A stretch of 55,026 bases of DNA from an uncultured Leptospirales bacterium (GTDB lineage Bacteria > Spirochaetota > UBA4802 > UBA5550), in NCBI GenBank assembly GCA_964649175.1, contig CAZYPA010000002.1, forward strand, positions 1 to 55,026, in the 5' to 3' direction. The position numbers were made by a program, and so were the translations under genes. The notes beneath the pieces are model-generated. The model had not been told where the DNA came from, made no database searches, and was given only the letters and a program-made list of their open reading frames with translations. Positions 9,426-19,629 of this stretch are shown here, in pieces (the first letter of the stretch is position 1; every line of letters starts with the position of its first letter).

Positions 9426-12400
9426 ATGGTTTTAAAAACAGTAAGTGACATCTTTAGCAGCTCTAAAGAATTCAAAGAGATTAAAAAAAACAAACAGACT
9501 CCAGTTTCTATTGAAGGCGTGTCTCCAGGTGCAGCACCCCTTATTATATCATCTTTCTTTAATCAGAACATGGGCCAAACCCTTGTGGTAGTAGAAACTA
9601 TTCAGCAGCTCAACGACATATACCTTGATCTTTCATGTTTTATTGATGATAAATACCTGTTCAAATTTCCCTCATGGGAAACCATACCCTATGAATTCAT
9701 GTCCCCATCTGAAACAACAGAGAGAGACAGGATAACAACCCTTTACAGAATTATTTCAAAACAGCCCCTGATTGTTGTTGCAACAGTGGAATCCATTACA
9801 CGAAAAATTCCTCCAATCTCCTTTTTCCTGAAAAAAGGCCTTGGACTTGCTGCAAACGAGGAATACCCCTATGATGATATTATAGAAACACTCATACAAT
9901 ACGGCTATTCAAGGGAAGCCAGGGTTGACTCCTTTGGGCAGTTTTCTGTTAAAGGGAGCATAATTGATATATTCCTCCCATCCTTTGAAAACCCTCTTCG
10001 CCTTGATTTTTTTGGAGATACACTTGAATCAATCAGGGAATTTGACATAAACACACAGGTCTCCACAGGAGATGGAATAATTGAAGAAATTACCATTTAC
10101 CCCAGAAGAGAGCTTGTTTTATTCGATACAGAAAAACGCAATCTTCGGGATTACCTTAGAGAACAAACACATGAAGCAATGAATCTCCCTGATGAAATAA
10201 AAACCTGGCTTAAAGAGGATGACTATGCCATTGATCGCATTCCCGGAATTGAGGAATTCTTTCACGATGTAATTGGAAGTGATACCCTTGAAAGTTATTT
10301 TGAAAAAAACCACAGGGTCTTTATGCTTGAAAGCAGCAACCTTGAAGCAGCATTTGATCGCATTGAAAAAAACTTTTCCAATCTCTATGCAAAAAAATCA
10401 AAAGTCATTCTATGCCTCCCGCCGGAAAAACTTTTAAGCAAAGAAACTTTTAAAAGTTTGCTGGAAAAATCCATTTCCATTCAGACATTCACAACAAGTA
10501 CTGATGCCTTAACCTGGGACATTAAAAGCATACCGGGATTTCAGGGCAAAATAAAATCTGTCAGGGAAGAGATGAAAACCCGTATTCATGAGGGATATAA
10601 CATAATAATGACAACCTCTTTTGAGGGACAGGCAAGGCGCCTTGCAGATCTGTTTATAGATTTTAATCCACACCATAATTTTGAATCATACAACAAAGAA
10701 TCCCCTTTTAATATAATAATTTCTCCCTTAAACAGGGGTATTGATATTGCAGGAATTAAAACCCTGATTCTTTCTGACCATGAAATTTTTGGAAAAAGCT
10801 ACAGAAAAAGGCGGTTTTTCAAAAGCAGAACTTCAAGGCCAATTGATTCTTTTCTTGATCTAAAGCCAGGAGATTATGTTGTACATATAAATCACGGTAT
10901 AGGTATTTTTAACAGCATAGAAAGAATGACAGCCGGAGGCGTTGAAAGGGATTTTATTGTAATTGAATATAAAGAAAGTGACAAGCTTTACATTTCCCTT
11001 GATCAGATTAATTTTGTTCAAAAATACATAGGCATAGATGGAAGAAAACCAAGGATTGATGCACTTGGAAAAAAATCATCCTGGAACAAAATAAAGGAAA
11101 GAGTTCAAGGCGCTGTTGAGGAAATAGCAGGAGAGCTGATTAAAATCTATGCTCAAAGGAATACCCTTAAGGGATTCCGATTCCCCCCTGACACGCGCTG
11201 GCAGGAGGAGTTTGAATCACAGTTTGAATTTGAAGAAACGCCTGATCAGATAACCGCAATTGAAGATGTTAAGGATGACATGGAAAATGACAAGCCCATG
11301 GACCGCCTTGTATGCGGGGATGTGGGATTCGGGAAAACTGAGGTAGCCATAAGGGCTGCATTTAAAGCTGTGATGGCGGGAAAGCAGGTTGCCATGCTTG
11401 TACCTACAACCGTACTTGCAATGCAGCATTTTGAAACATTTAAAAAACGCTTTGAAGGCTATCCCATAAACATTGAAATGATGTCCAGGTTCAAAACCAA
11501 AGGCGAACTCACAGCTATCAAGAAAAAACTTTCCAATGCTGAAGTTGATATAGTCATAGGCACACATGCAATTCTTGCAAAGGATATGACAATAAAAAAT
11601 CTTGGCCTGCTTATAATTGACGAGGAACAGCGCTTTGGTGTAAAGCACAAGGAAGAACTTAAGCGCTTCAGGGTAATGGTCGATGTGCTGGCATTATCTG
11701 CCACACCTATACCAAGAACGCTTCACATGTCAATGGCCGGAATACGGGATCTTTCAATAATTGCCACTCCTCCGGAAAACAGGCTTCCAATAGAAACATA
11801 CGTAATAGAAGAGAATCCCGATATTTTAAGGCAGGCCATTCTTAATGAAAAAGCACGCGGAGGGCAAATATTTTTTGTACACAACAGAGTGCAGTCAATT
11901 GATACACAAATGATAATCCTGTCCAAGCTTGTACCTGAAGCAACCTGCTGCATAGCTCATGGGCAGATGAATGAACATGAACTTGAAGAGGTCATGATAG
12001 ATTTTATAAACCATGAATATGATATACTAATAAGCACAACCATAATTGAATCAGGACTTGACATGCCCAATGTAAATACAATAATAATAAACAGGGCAGA
12101 TACATTCGGCCTTTCCCAGCTTTACCAGCTTAAAGGCCGCGTTGGCAGATCAATAAAAAAGGCTTATGCATATCTCTTTTATCCACGTCACACAAGCCTT
12201 TCAGAAGAGGCACAAAAACGGCTGAAGGTTATTTCAGAATATTCAGATCTGGGCAGCGGATTTAAAATTGCAATGAAGGATCTGGAAATAAGAGGAGCCG
12301 GAAACATTCTTGGCCGCGAACAGTCTGGAAGCATAATGGAGGTAGGATTTGATCTTTACTGCCAGATGCTGGAAGATGCTGTAAAAACACTCAAAGGCGA

Positions 12401-12854
12401 AGAGATAAAGACATACTTTCGCACATCCGTATTTATAAGAACAAACTTTTTTATCCCGGACACATACATTGCTGATGAAAGACAAAAAATTGAATTTTAT
12501 AAAAGATTTGAATCCTGTGACACAATTGAAGAAGTTGACAAACTTGAATCAGAATTAACAGACAGATTCGGGCCGCAACCCCCTGAAGTTAAAATGCTTG
12601 TTGAACTGGAAAGAGTACGGGCTCTGGCATCCTCCTTGCAAATAGATGAGATTCTGGAAGATCCGAGAAAAATTAATATTAAAATAACTTCCTCCTGCCT
12701 TATTCCTGCAGAGAAGCTTATCAAGGAAATTTCATCCGATTCCAGGCTAAAAATAGATTCAGCAAATCCTGAAAACCTTCTTTTTATGCCTCTTGCTAAA
12801 AGCTCTGAAAAAAAACTATCAGAGCTTAAAAAATGGTTGCAACAATTCCAGTGA
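9426..12854 (+). CDS. mfd: Transcription-repair coupling factor Mfd
   Basis: 1142 aa. CarD-like RNAP-interaction domain (GDYVVHINHGIG), helicase motifs GDVGFGKTEV and DEEQRFG, and a TRCF C-terminal domain. Confidence 0.95.
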   Translation: MVLKTVSDIFSSSKEFKEIKKNKQTPVSIEGVSPGAAPLIISSFFNQNMGQTLVVVETIQQLNDIYLDLSCFIDDKYLFKFPSWETIPYEFMSPSETTERDRITTLYRIISKQPLIVVATVESITRKIPPISFFLKKGLGLAANEEYPYDDIIETLIQYGYSREARVDSFGQFSVKGSIIDIFLPSFENPLRLDFFGDTLESIREFDINTQVSTGDGIIEEITIYPRRELVLFDTEKRNLRDYLREQTHEAMNLPDEIKTWLKEDDYAIDRIPGIEEFFHDVIGSDTLESYFEKNHRVFMLESSNLEAAFDRIEKNFSNLYAKKSKVILCLPPEKLLSKETFKSLLEKSISIQTFTTSTDALTWDIKSIPGFQGKIKSVREEMKTRIHEGYNIIMTTSFEGQARRLADLFIDFNPHHNFESYNKESPFNIIISPLNRGIDIAGIKTLILSDHEIFGKSYRKRRFFKSRTSRPIDSFLDLKPGDYVVHINHGIGIFNSIERMTAGGVERDFIVIEYKESDKLYISLDQINFVQKYIGIDGRKPRIDALGKKSSWNKIKERVQGAVEEIAGELIKIYAQRNTLKGFRFPPDTRWQEEFESQFEFEETPDQITAIEDVKDDMENDKPMDRLVCGDVGFGKTEVAIRAAFKAVMAGKQVAMLVPTTVLAMQHFETFKKRFEGYPINIEMMSRFKTKGELTAIKKKLSNAEVDIVIGTHAILAKDMTIKNLGLLIIDEEQRFGVKHKEELKRFRVMVDVLALSATPIPRTLHMSMAGIRDLSIIATPPENRLPIETYVIEENPDILRQAILNEKARGGQIFFVHNRVQSIDTQMIILSKLVPEATCCIAHGQMNEHELEEVMIDFINHEYDILISTTIIESGLDMPNVNTIIINRADTFGLSQLYQLKGRVGRSIKKAYAYLFYPRHTSLSEEAQKRLKVISEYSDLGSGFKIAMKDLEIRGAGNILGREQSGSIMEVGFDLYCQMLEDAVKTLKGEEIKTYFRTSVFIRTNFFIPDTYIADERQKIEFYKRFESCDTIEEVDKLESELTDRFGPQPPEVKMLVELERVRALASSLQIDEILEDPRKINIKITSSCLIPAEKLIKEISSDSRLKIDSANPENLLFMPLAKSSEKKLSELKKWLQQFQ

Positions 12855-12915
12855 TTAAGTCTATACTACATTAATATATTATAAACCCCGAAAAATTAAA
12901 AATAAGGAAAATACA

Positions 12916-13560
12916 ATGAAAACACGAGTTTTAATACTATCTCTCCTGTTGACAATTACAGCAATATTCTCAATATCCTGCAATAATACTTCAGGCGAAT
13001 GGGCTGCAAGCATAGATGACAAGGTAATATCTATTAAAGAATTCAACAAATTCTACTACACTCAAAACAAAATGATGGCAAATGTTGCTTCTAATGAGGA
13101 TGTGGATCAGCTTGCTGATGATCCTGCTTATGCAAATCATCCTTTTCTAAATAAGACAAATTTTCTGGATCACCTTATAGCACAAAAACTGCTATACAAT
13201 AAAGCAATGAAAGACAAATCTATTGATAAAGATGAGCTAAACGCAATCCTTGAAATTACTAAAATTCAGACAGCTTCCCAGTATTATCTTGGCCAAAAGC
13301 TTAAAGATAAAATTGAAGTAAGCGATGAAGAAGTAGCTGAATTTTACAATAAAAACAGAAGCCAGTTTGCAGGAAGAACAGCCAATGAAGCAACCGCATA
13401 TATCAGGCAGCAGCTTATATCATACAAATCCAGGCAGGAAGCTAATCAGTATGTTATGGAGCTTCTTGCTGAAAGTAAAATAAAAAGAGATGGGCTAAAA
13501 GAATATCTTGCAAAAACAAAAAAATCAGAAGATTCTGAAGAACAGGAAACAGAAAAATAA
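12916..13560 (+). CDS. Lipoprotein with a SurA N-terminal-like chaperone domain
   Basis: Lipobox SISC. AASIDDKVISIKEFNKFY resembles the SurA_N start. No PPIase domain is visible. Confidence 0.45.
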   Translation: MKTRVLILSLLLTITAIFSISCNNTSGEWAASIDDKVISIKEFNKFYYTQNKMMANVASNEDVDQLADDPAYANHPFLNKTNFLDHLIAQKLLYNKAMKDKSIDKDELNAILEITKIQTASQYYLGQKLKDKIEVSDEEVAEFYNKNRSQFAGRTANEATAYIRQQLISYKSRQEANQYVMELLAESKIKRDGLKEYLAKTKKSEDSEEQETEK

Positions 13561-13617
13561 AACTCATAAAGTTGAACTTAAAATTCATTATATAACTATA
13601 TAATCTGCACAGACTTT

Positions 13618-13640
13618 AAACCCCCTCTAACAGGGGGTTT
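13618..13640 (+). terminator. Intrinsic terminator-like hairpin
   Basis: AAACCCCCT-CTAAC-AGGGGGTTT, 58 nt after the stop at 13560. Confidence 0.5.
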
Positions 13641-13731
13641 CCTGCCTAATTATGTAAAAATAAGCCCTTAATATTGTTCTACATTTCTTCTATAAATATT
13701 TAATAAATATTATTTAGATTACATTTTAATA

Positions 13732-13761
13732 TTGACTAATTCTATATTTCTATTATATAAT
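13732..13761 (+). promoter_or_regulatory. Sigma70-like promoter candidate
   Basis: TTGACT (13732-13737), 18-nt spacer, TATAAT (13756-13761), upstream of an AAGGGG Shine-Dalgarno site and the ATG at 13793. Confidence 0.5.
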
Positions 13762-13792
13762 ATAATTAATCAATTATTAAAGGGGTAATCAG

Positions 13793-14371
13793 ATGCTGCA
13801 CAAAAAATTTAGAAAAAATGTTATTTTAATTGCTATCATTTCTTTTGTTATGCTTTCATGCAGTACAAAAAAAGGTCTGATTCACACTTCCGCAAAACTG
13901 CCTTCACAAGCCAAAGTTGGTATAGTAATTGATTCACCCAATAATCTGAAAAACGTAGTCCTGGTTACCTTCATGAAGGAAGGATTCAGGGTTAAAGCCT
14001 TTAATGCCTCTGATCTCTACAGCATGAAGGATATTTTCGATATTGCAGATATGAAGAAGCTCTCCTATGAATTAAAAGAAGAAAATGCCGCAACAGTCTC
14101 AACTTTTGAAAAAACTTATGATAATATATACAAGCTTCATATTTACAATTTTGAACTTAACAAGGCATCTACTCTGCAACAGATAAGAAATGACTGGGAT
14201 GTTGATTTTTTAATAGTTCTGGATCTTAAAGACTGGGAAAAGGTAAGCTGGGCCAGGGTAGTAAATCTTCGAACGCTTGATATTGAATTTATTGAAAACT
14301 ATCCTACAAGATATAATGACAATATTGAAACTATAATTACTCATTTTGCTAAAAATATTATCAGCAGATGA
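13793..14371 (+). CDS. Lipoprotein, function unknown
   Basis: Lipobox MLSC; 192 aa. It shares a C-terminal motif with the next gene's product. Confidence 0.55.
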   Translation: MLHKKFRKNVILIAIISFVMLSCSTKKGLIHTSAKLPSQAKVGIVIDSPNNLKNVVLVTFMKEGFRVKAFNASDLYSMKDIFDIADMKKLSYELKEENAATVSTFEKTYDNIYKLHIYNFELNKASTLQQIRNDWDVDFLIVLDLKDWEKVSWARVVNLRTLDIEFIENYPTRYNDNIETIITHFAKNIISR

Positions 14372-15438
14372 AAAAGCTCACACCTATAAAGGCTCTACTT
14401 GTAATAATTTCAATTCTGTTTATTACAGGCATACAGCCCCATAAGCCGGTTTTTGGCATTAGCACAACATCTCTGAACACAGCTGATTTAAAAGGGGGTG
14501 GCTCCATTGCTGTTGGGAATTTTGTTAATACTTCTTCCAAAAATGATTTTGATTATCTTGAATCCATTTTACCAACAGCCCTTGCCAGTTCCCTTAATAC
14601 AAAATACAAAATAGATATAATTAAACCACAGGAAATTGAAAAAATTCTTAAAACAAAATCAATTGAAAATTACACGGAAAAAGACCTTTATAATATTTCA
14701 TCATACATAAAAGCCAAATATTTTGTATATGGCTCTTTCGAACCTCAACAGAATAATAAAATTAAAACAGTGATTCACATTTACAAAGTCAATTCATCAA
14801 ACATTTTCACCTTTACAGATGAGGGCTTTCTTGAAGTAGAAATATTCAGATTAATAGACCGCATTTCAATGCATATTAAAAACATAACTGATCCTGCAAT
14901 GCTTTATAAAAGTGAAAACCTTAAACAAAATTCCAGGCTGGCTGTTCTTACAAATATTCAGGGTGAAGACCTTAATAGCCTTTACTCTGAAATAATGAAC
15001 CATGGACATAAACTCAACTCTTTTCAGGGGAACAGTATTTACAACAATATTGGCAAAGAGGATATTGATAAGCTTTACTACATAAGCTCAGAAACAGCTT
15101 CATTGCGTAAAATCCATGACAAAAATGCAATTAAGCTTTATTATGGAACCTGGGCAGGAAAAAATCATTTTAAAGACATTAAAGAACAACAAAAAATATA
15201 TGAGAAATACACATTTAATGATGATATTATTAATAAAAAGACCTTTGTTGCAATAAACAAGGCAGCACCTGGCAAAATAGATTATCTGCTTATAATTGGA
15301 TTTAACAAAAATAAAAAGAAAGCCTGGATACGGTGTGTAAACCTGAATACCGGGAATCTGATATTTTCATCAGCAACAGTAGCAGGAAGTTCTATAAATG
15401 ATGTTACGCAAAAAATACTTACCTATATCTCTTCCTGA
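14368..15438 (+). CDS. Secreted protein with TolB-N/LpoB/FlgO-like module(s), function unknown
   Basis: 4-nt ATGA overlap with the upstream gene. Signal peptide. SIAVGNFVNTS...DYLESILPTALASSL matches the pattern of that fold family. Confidence 0.5.
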   Translation: MKKLTPIKALLVIISILFITGIQPHKPVFGISTTSLNTADLKGGGSIAVGNFVNTSSKNDFDYLESILPTALASSLNTKYKIDIIKPQEIEKILKTKSIENYTEKDLYNISSYIKAKYFVYGSFEPQQNNKIKTVIHIYKVNSSNIFTFTDEGFLEVEIFRLIDRISMHIKNITDPAMLYKSENLKQNSRLAVLTNIQGEDLNSLYSEIMNHGHKLNSFQGNSIYNNIGKEDIDKLYYISSETASLRKIHDKNAIKLYYGTWAGKNHFKDIKEQQKIYEKYTFNDDIINKKTFVAINKAAPGKIDYLLIIGFNKNKKKAWIRCVNLNTGNLIFSSATVAGSSINDVTQKILTYISS

Positions 15439-15457
15439 TTAAAAAATTCATCCTGAC

Positions 15458-16180
15458 CTATTTTGTCCGGAATAATATCTCCGCCTCCTTAAGGCGTCCG
15501 GCTTTTCTGTAAATTCGCAAAAGAGAAAGCTTAATATCTTTATCTCTCCGATTTTCATTGTATGCACGTTCCATAAAAAATATAGCTTTTGATAAATCTG
15601 CCAATTCCTCCTGACAAAGACCCATATAATAATTTATTTCATATCCGCTATATCCTGCTTTATAGGCATAATTAAGCCTTTCAAGAGCTTCTTTGTATCT
15701 CTCCCCCTGATAAAGAGATGCCCCATAATAAAATGCCATATTAGCATCATTTATCATCAAACCCTTGTCATAAAAAGAGACGATATCTCCAAAATGATCA
15801 TTTCGGAAAAGAATCCGTGCAACCAAAACCAGCTCCCTTCCTTCAACAACCCCGCCCTCAAGAGAAGAAGCAAACAGCTCTGCGCCTTCAATTTCTCTGC
15901 CAAGCTCAATATAATTTAATCCTGCAATCTGCTTTAATTTATAATTTCCCGGATAAACCTTAATCAATATTTCAATATATTCATTCAGCTCCTTATGCTT
16001 CCCCTCTGAATATAACTTCATGGACTTGTCCATGTAAGTATTATTTTCACCAGTAAACTCAAAATACTTTCCCATATAAAACCTGTAAAGATTTTCATGG
16101 TACAAGTATGAAAAACCAGCAGTTAAAAGAAAAATTAAACATAGAACAATAATTGACCTTTTTGACAATGGGCTCTCCAT
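15458..16180 (-). CDS. TPR repeat protein
   Basis: 240 aa with an N-terminal TM/signal segment and repeated A/Y/L TPR-like helices (YKEALERLNYAYKAGY...). Confidence 0.55.
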   Translation of the reverse strand: MESPLSKRSIIVLCLIFLLTAGFSYLYHENLYRFYMGKYFEFTGENNTYMDKSMKLYSEGKHKELNEYIEILIKVYPGNYKLKQIAGLNYIELGREIEGAELFASSLEGGVVEGRELVLVARILFRNDHFGDIVSFYDKGLMINDANMAFYYGASLYQGERYKEALERLNYAYKAGYSGYEINYYMGLCQEELADLSKAIFFMERAYNENRRDKDIKLSLLRIYRKAGRLKEAEILFRTK

Positions 16181-16350
16181 AAAGTATTTCTTTTAAACAG
16201 CAACGCTGCCACAAACTACAGCTAAAAGTTATTATTAATTTAATACGCTATTACATTAAAAATCAACTAAAATCTTCATGGGTCTGTTTTTTACTCATAA
16301 TAAAAAGCCTTAATCCGATAATTAATAAGACATAATCCGGAGGAATTCAT

Positions 16351-16839
16351 ATGCAATATTTGCAAAAACTGATTATTATATCAATCATTATCCTTACAAT
16401 GGGTATAAACCTTTCAGCTCAAAATAAAAATAATGAGCTTAATACTATGCAAATTTCCGACAATATGAAGTTTCAAAATGGTGTCGAATTCATGAAAATA
16501 AATGATTACAATCGTGCTCTTAATGAGTTTAATGAATACCTTGAAATTTATATACATGGAATACATAGAGGAAGTGCCTATAGAGAAATAGCAAAAATCC
16601 ATATTTCAAATTTTGATTTTCAAAAAGCAGTTAAAGCCTATAAAAGCATATACCAGGAATATAGCTACTCAGATGAAGGTATTGATGCTTACTTTGAAGC
16701 AGGTATATGTTATAAAAAAATGGGATACAGTAGCAAAGCCTCAGAAATTTTTCAGTACATTGCCAAAGAACATCCGGGTACAAATGCAGCTTACAATGCA
16801 GAAATCCAAATGGAATTAATTAAAATTATTTCCCCCTAA
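16351..16839 (+). CDS. Secreted TPR repeat protein (YbgF/BamD-like)
   Basis: 162 aa with a signal peptide and TPR-like helices (YNRALNEFNEYL, FQKAVKAYKSIYQEY). Confidence 0.55.
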   Translation: MQYLQKLIIISIIILTMGINLSAQNKNNELNTMQISDNMKFQNGVEFMKINDYNRALNEFNEYLEIYIHGIHRGSAYREIAKIHISNFDFQKAVKAYKSIYQEYSYSDEGIDAYFEAGICYKKMGYSSKASEIFQYIAKEHPGTNAAYNAEIQMELIKIISP

Positions 16840-16991
16840 AAATAATTGACAAATTTCAATGAGACTTCGACAATGTCTTTCTGACTAGATTGATTTATTT
16901 CAGGCAGGATAAGCGAAAGTTCTCCATACCGTCTGTATACAGCAATTTTAATCACTAAAAACTAATAGAAATTATATAATACGAGGTATAT

Positions 16992-19061
16992 ATGCCATTT
17001 CACAAATTGCGAAATATTGGTATAGCCGCTCATATAGATGCAGGCAAAACCACAATGACTGAAAGAATTTTATTTTTTACAGGAACAACCAGGAAACTTG
17101 GCGAAACTCATGATGGCCAGGCTACAATGGACTTCATGAAACAGGAACAGGAAAGAGGGATAACAATTGCTTCAGCAGCAATTTCATGCCACTGGAAAGA
17201 TTATCTGATCAATATTATTGACACACCAGGACACGTGGATTTTACAGTAGAGGTAGAGCGCTCCTTAAGGGTTCTTGACGGAATGGTAGCGCTTTTTTGT
17301 GCAGTATCAGGTGTTGAGCCTCAAAGTGAAACAGTCTGGAATCAGGCTGACAGATACAAGGTTCCCAGAGTTGCATTTGTGAATAAGCTAGATCGTATAG
17401 GCGCTGATTTCAATGAAGTAATTTCTCAAATGGATAAATATCTGGATGCCAACCCTATAAAATTTCAAATACCCATAGGTGTAGAAGAAAATTTCACAGG
17501 GCTAATAGACATTATAGAAGAAAAAGCCTATATTTTTGAAGAAACAGAAAGAAGAGAAGCTGAAATTCCTGATGAATACAAAGAAGCCGCAGAAGAAGCA
17601 AGGCAAACTCTTATAGAAAAACTTGCTGATTTTGATGAAGAAATAATGAATCTTTTTCTTGAAGGCAAGAATGTAAGTATAGACTTAATAAAAAAAGCAG
17701 CCCGGGATGCCACTCTTAAGCTCATGATTACACCGGTATTTTGTGGATCAGCTTATAAAAATAAAGGAGTACAGCTTCTCCTTGATGCGATTATTGATTA
17801 TCTTCCATCACCTATTGATGTTGGAGCAATTATCGGGACAGACGTAGATGATCCTGAAAAATCTCATACAAGAAATCCAAGCATTAAAGAACCTCTTGCA
17901 GCGCTTGCTTTCAAGCTTATACACGACCCCTATGTTGGCCAGCAGACTTTTACCCGAATTTATTCTGGTGAACTAAAGCAGGGTATGCAGGTTTATAATT
18001 CCACTAAAGATAAATACGAAAGAATTGGCCGTATTTTAAGAATAAAGGCCAATGAAAGGGAAGATATTGAGGTTGCAAAACCTGGTGATATTATAGCTCT
18101 TATAGGAATGAAATACACCAAAACCGGTGATACACTCTGCTCCTCGGAATCGCCTCTTCACCTTGAATCAATATTCATCCCTCCAACAGTTATTGAGCTA
18201 AAGGTAAGCCCGCCAACTCAAAAGGAGAATGAAAAACTTGGTTCAGCTTTAAGAAAACTTTCAATGGAAGACCCTTCTTTTAATGTAAGATTCAATGATG
18301 AAACAAGTGAAACAATTATTTCAGGAATGGGAGAACTTCATCTTGAAGTAATTGTAGATAGAATCAAGCATGAATTTCATGTTGATGCAATAGTGGGAGA
18401 ACCTTCTGTTGCTTTTAGAGAAACAATCACAACTGAACATGAAGTTAACTACAAGCACGCAAAACAAACAGGTGGCAAAGGTCAATATGCCCATGTTATA
18501 ATGCGTATTGAACCAAATAGCGGCAAGGGATTTGAATTCGTTGACCATATTAAAGGCGGCAACATACCTGCAGAATATATTCCTGCGGTCAAAAAGGGTA
18601 TTGAACTAACCCTTGCTGAGGGTGTAATTGCCGGATTCCCTGTAGTTGACGTAAAAGTTGTTCTTATAGACGGAAGTTACCATGCTGTTGACTCATCTGA
18701 GATGGCTTTCCGTACCTGTGCTTCAGTTGCATTTAAACAGGCATTTTTAAAATGTCACCCCATACTTCTTGAGCCTCAAATGAAAGTTGAGGTAAATACA
18801 CCTGATGAATATATAGGTGATGTTGTAGGTGATATAAACAAAAGAAGAGGCCGCATTGAATCAATGAGAAGATACAGAAAGGGTGCGCAAAAACTTAACG
18901 GGTTTGTTCCTCTTATGGAGATGTTTGGCTATGCAACACAGCTTAGAAATATATCCAGCGGACGTGCAAACTACTCAATGGAATTCTTCAAATATATAGC
19001 TCTACCAAAAGATGTTCAGGAGAAAGTATTGAAGGATATCAATGAGGACAATAAAAAATAG
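16992..19061 (+). CDS. fusA: Elongation factor G (stand-alone copy)
   Basis: 689 aa with GTPase motifs AHIDAGKTT, DTPGHVDF and NKLD, and EF-G domains II-V. Not flanked by rpsL, rpsG or tuf. Confidence 0.93.
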   Translation: MPFHKLRNIGIAAHIDAGKTTMTERILFFTGTTRKLGETHDGQATMDFMKQEQERGITIASAAISCHWKDYLINIIDTPGHVDFTVEVERSLRVLDGMVALFCAVSGVEPQSETVWNQADRYKVPRVAFVNKLDRIGADFNEVISQMDKYLDANPIKFQIPIGVEENFTGLIDIIEEKAYIFEETERREAEIPDEYKEAAEEARQTLIEKLADFDEEIMNLFLEGKNVSIDLIKKAARDATLKLMITPVFCGSAYKNKGVQLLLDAIIDYLPSPIDVGAIIGTDVDDPEKSHTRNPSIKEPLAALAFKLIHDPYVGQQTFTRIYSGELKQGMQVYNSTKDKYERIGRILRIKANEREDIEVAKPGDIIALIGMKYTKTGDTLCSSESPLHLESIFIPPTVIELKVSPPTQKENEKLGSALRKLSMEDPSFNVRFNDETSETIISGMGELHLEVIVDRIKHEFHVDAIVGEPSVAFRETITTEHEVNYKHAKQTGGKGQYAHVIMRIEPNSGKGFEFVDHIKGGNIPAEYIPAVKKGIELTLAEGVIAGFPVVDVKVVLIDGSYHAVDSSEMAFRTCASVAFKQAFLKCHPILLEPQMKVEVNTPDEYIGDVVGDINKRRGRIESMRRYRKGAQKLNGFVPLMEMFGYATQLRNISSGRANYSMEFFKYIALPKDVQEKVLKDINEDNKK

Positions 19062-19084
19062 ATTAACAGTATAAATATAAAAGT

Positions 19085-19115
19085 AAAAAACACCCTGATT
19101 TTTAGGGTGTTTTTT
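19085..19115. terminator. Bidirectional intrinsic terminator
   Basis: AAAAAACACCCT-GATTTTT-AGGGTGTTTTTT between convergent fusA and the DtxR-family gene; it overlaps the latter's stop codon. Confidence 0.75.
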
Positions 19116-19593
19116 ACTTTTCAGGCTGAATAACTTTACCCAATGTTTTAATCCATTCCATATCTGCAGCTTCTTCAGATTTAAAAAATATGAGCAGCCT
19201 GTGAATTCTTTTACATGTTTCTGCAGAAATATGGTGCTCAACCTTACAAGCCTCCTCTTCTGCTATATCAGAAGGGAGTTGCAACACCTTGCTGAAAAAC
19301 TCCTTAAGGCACATATGCCTGCTCATTACACACCTGGCAATAATATCTCCACTTTTTGTAAGTTCAATATAACCATATTTTTCATACTCAATAAAGCCCA
19401 TATCCTTTAATTTATTAAGAGCTGAAGTAACACTGGGCATTTTTATTTTTAAAATTGCTGCTATATCCTTTACCCGCACCACCTTATTGGTATCAGAAAG
19501 TAAACCTATAGCCTCTATGTAATCCTCCATGTGAGGTGACAGAGGCGTGCTCGCATAAAGAGAGTCAATGTCTATTGAGTATATATCAATCAC
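19114..19593 (-). CDS. DtxR/MntR-family metal-dependent transcriptional regulator
   Basis: 159 aa. EDYIEAIGLL...VRVKDIAAILKIKMPSVTSALNKL winged helix, followed by a DtxR dimerisation/metal-binding region. Confidence 0.85.
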   Translation of the reverse strand: MIDIYSIDIDSLYASTPLSPHMEDYIEAIGLLSDTNKVVRVKDIAAILKIKMPSVTSALNKLKDMGFIEYEKYGYIELTKSGDIIARCVMSRHMCLKEFFSKVLQLPSDIAEEEACKVEHHISAETCKRIHRLLIFFKSEEAADMEWIKTLGKVIQPEK

Positions 19594-19629
19594 TACCTTT
19601 CCACCCCCTACATATTATTATCAGAAAAC

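Noticed and set aside
16933-16942. CTGTATACAG palindrome upstream of fusA as an operator
   Set aside because: It is only 10 bp, AT-rich, and matches no regulator consensus I recognise. It is likely chance.
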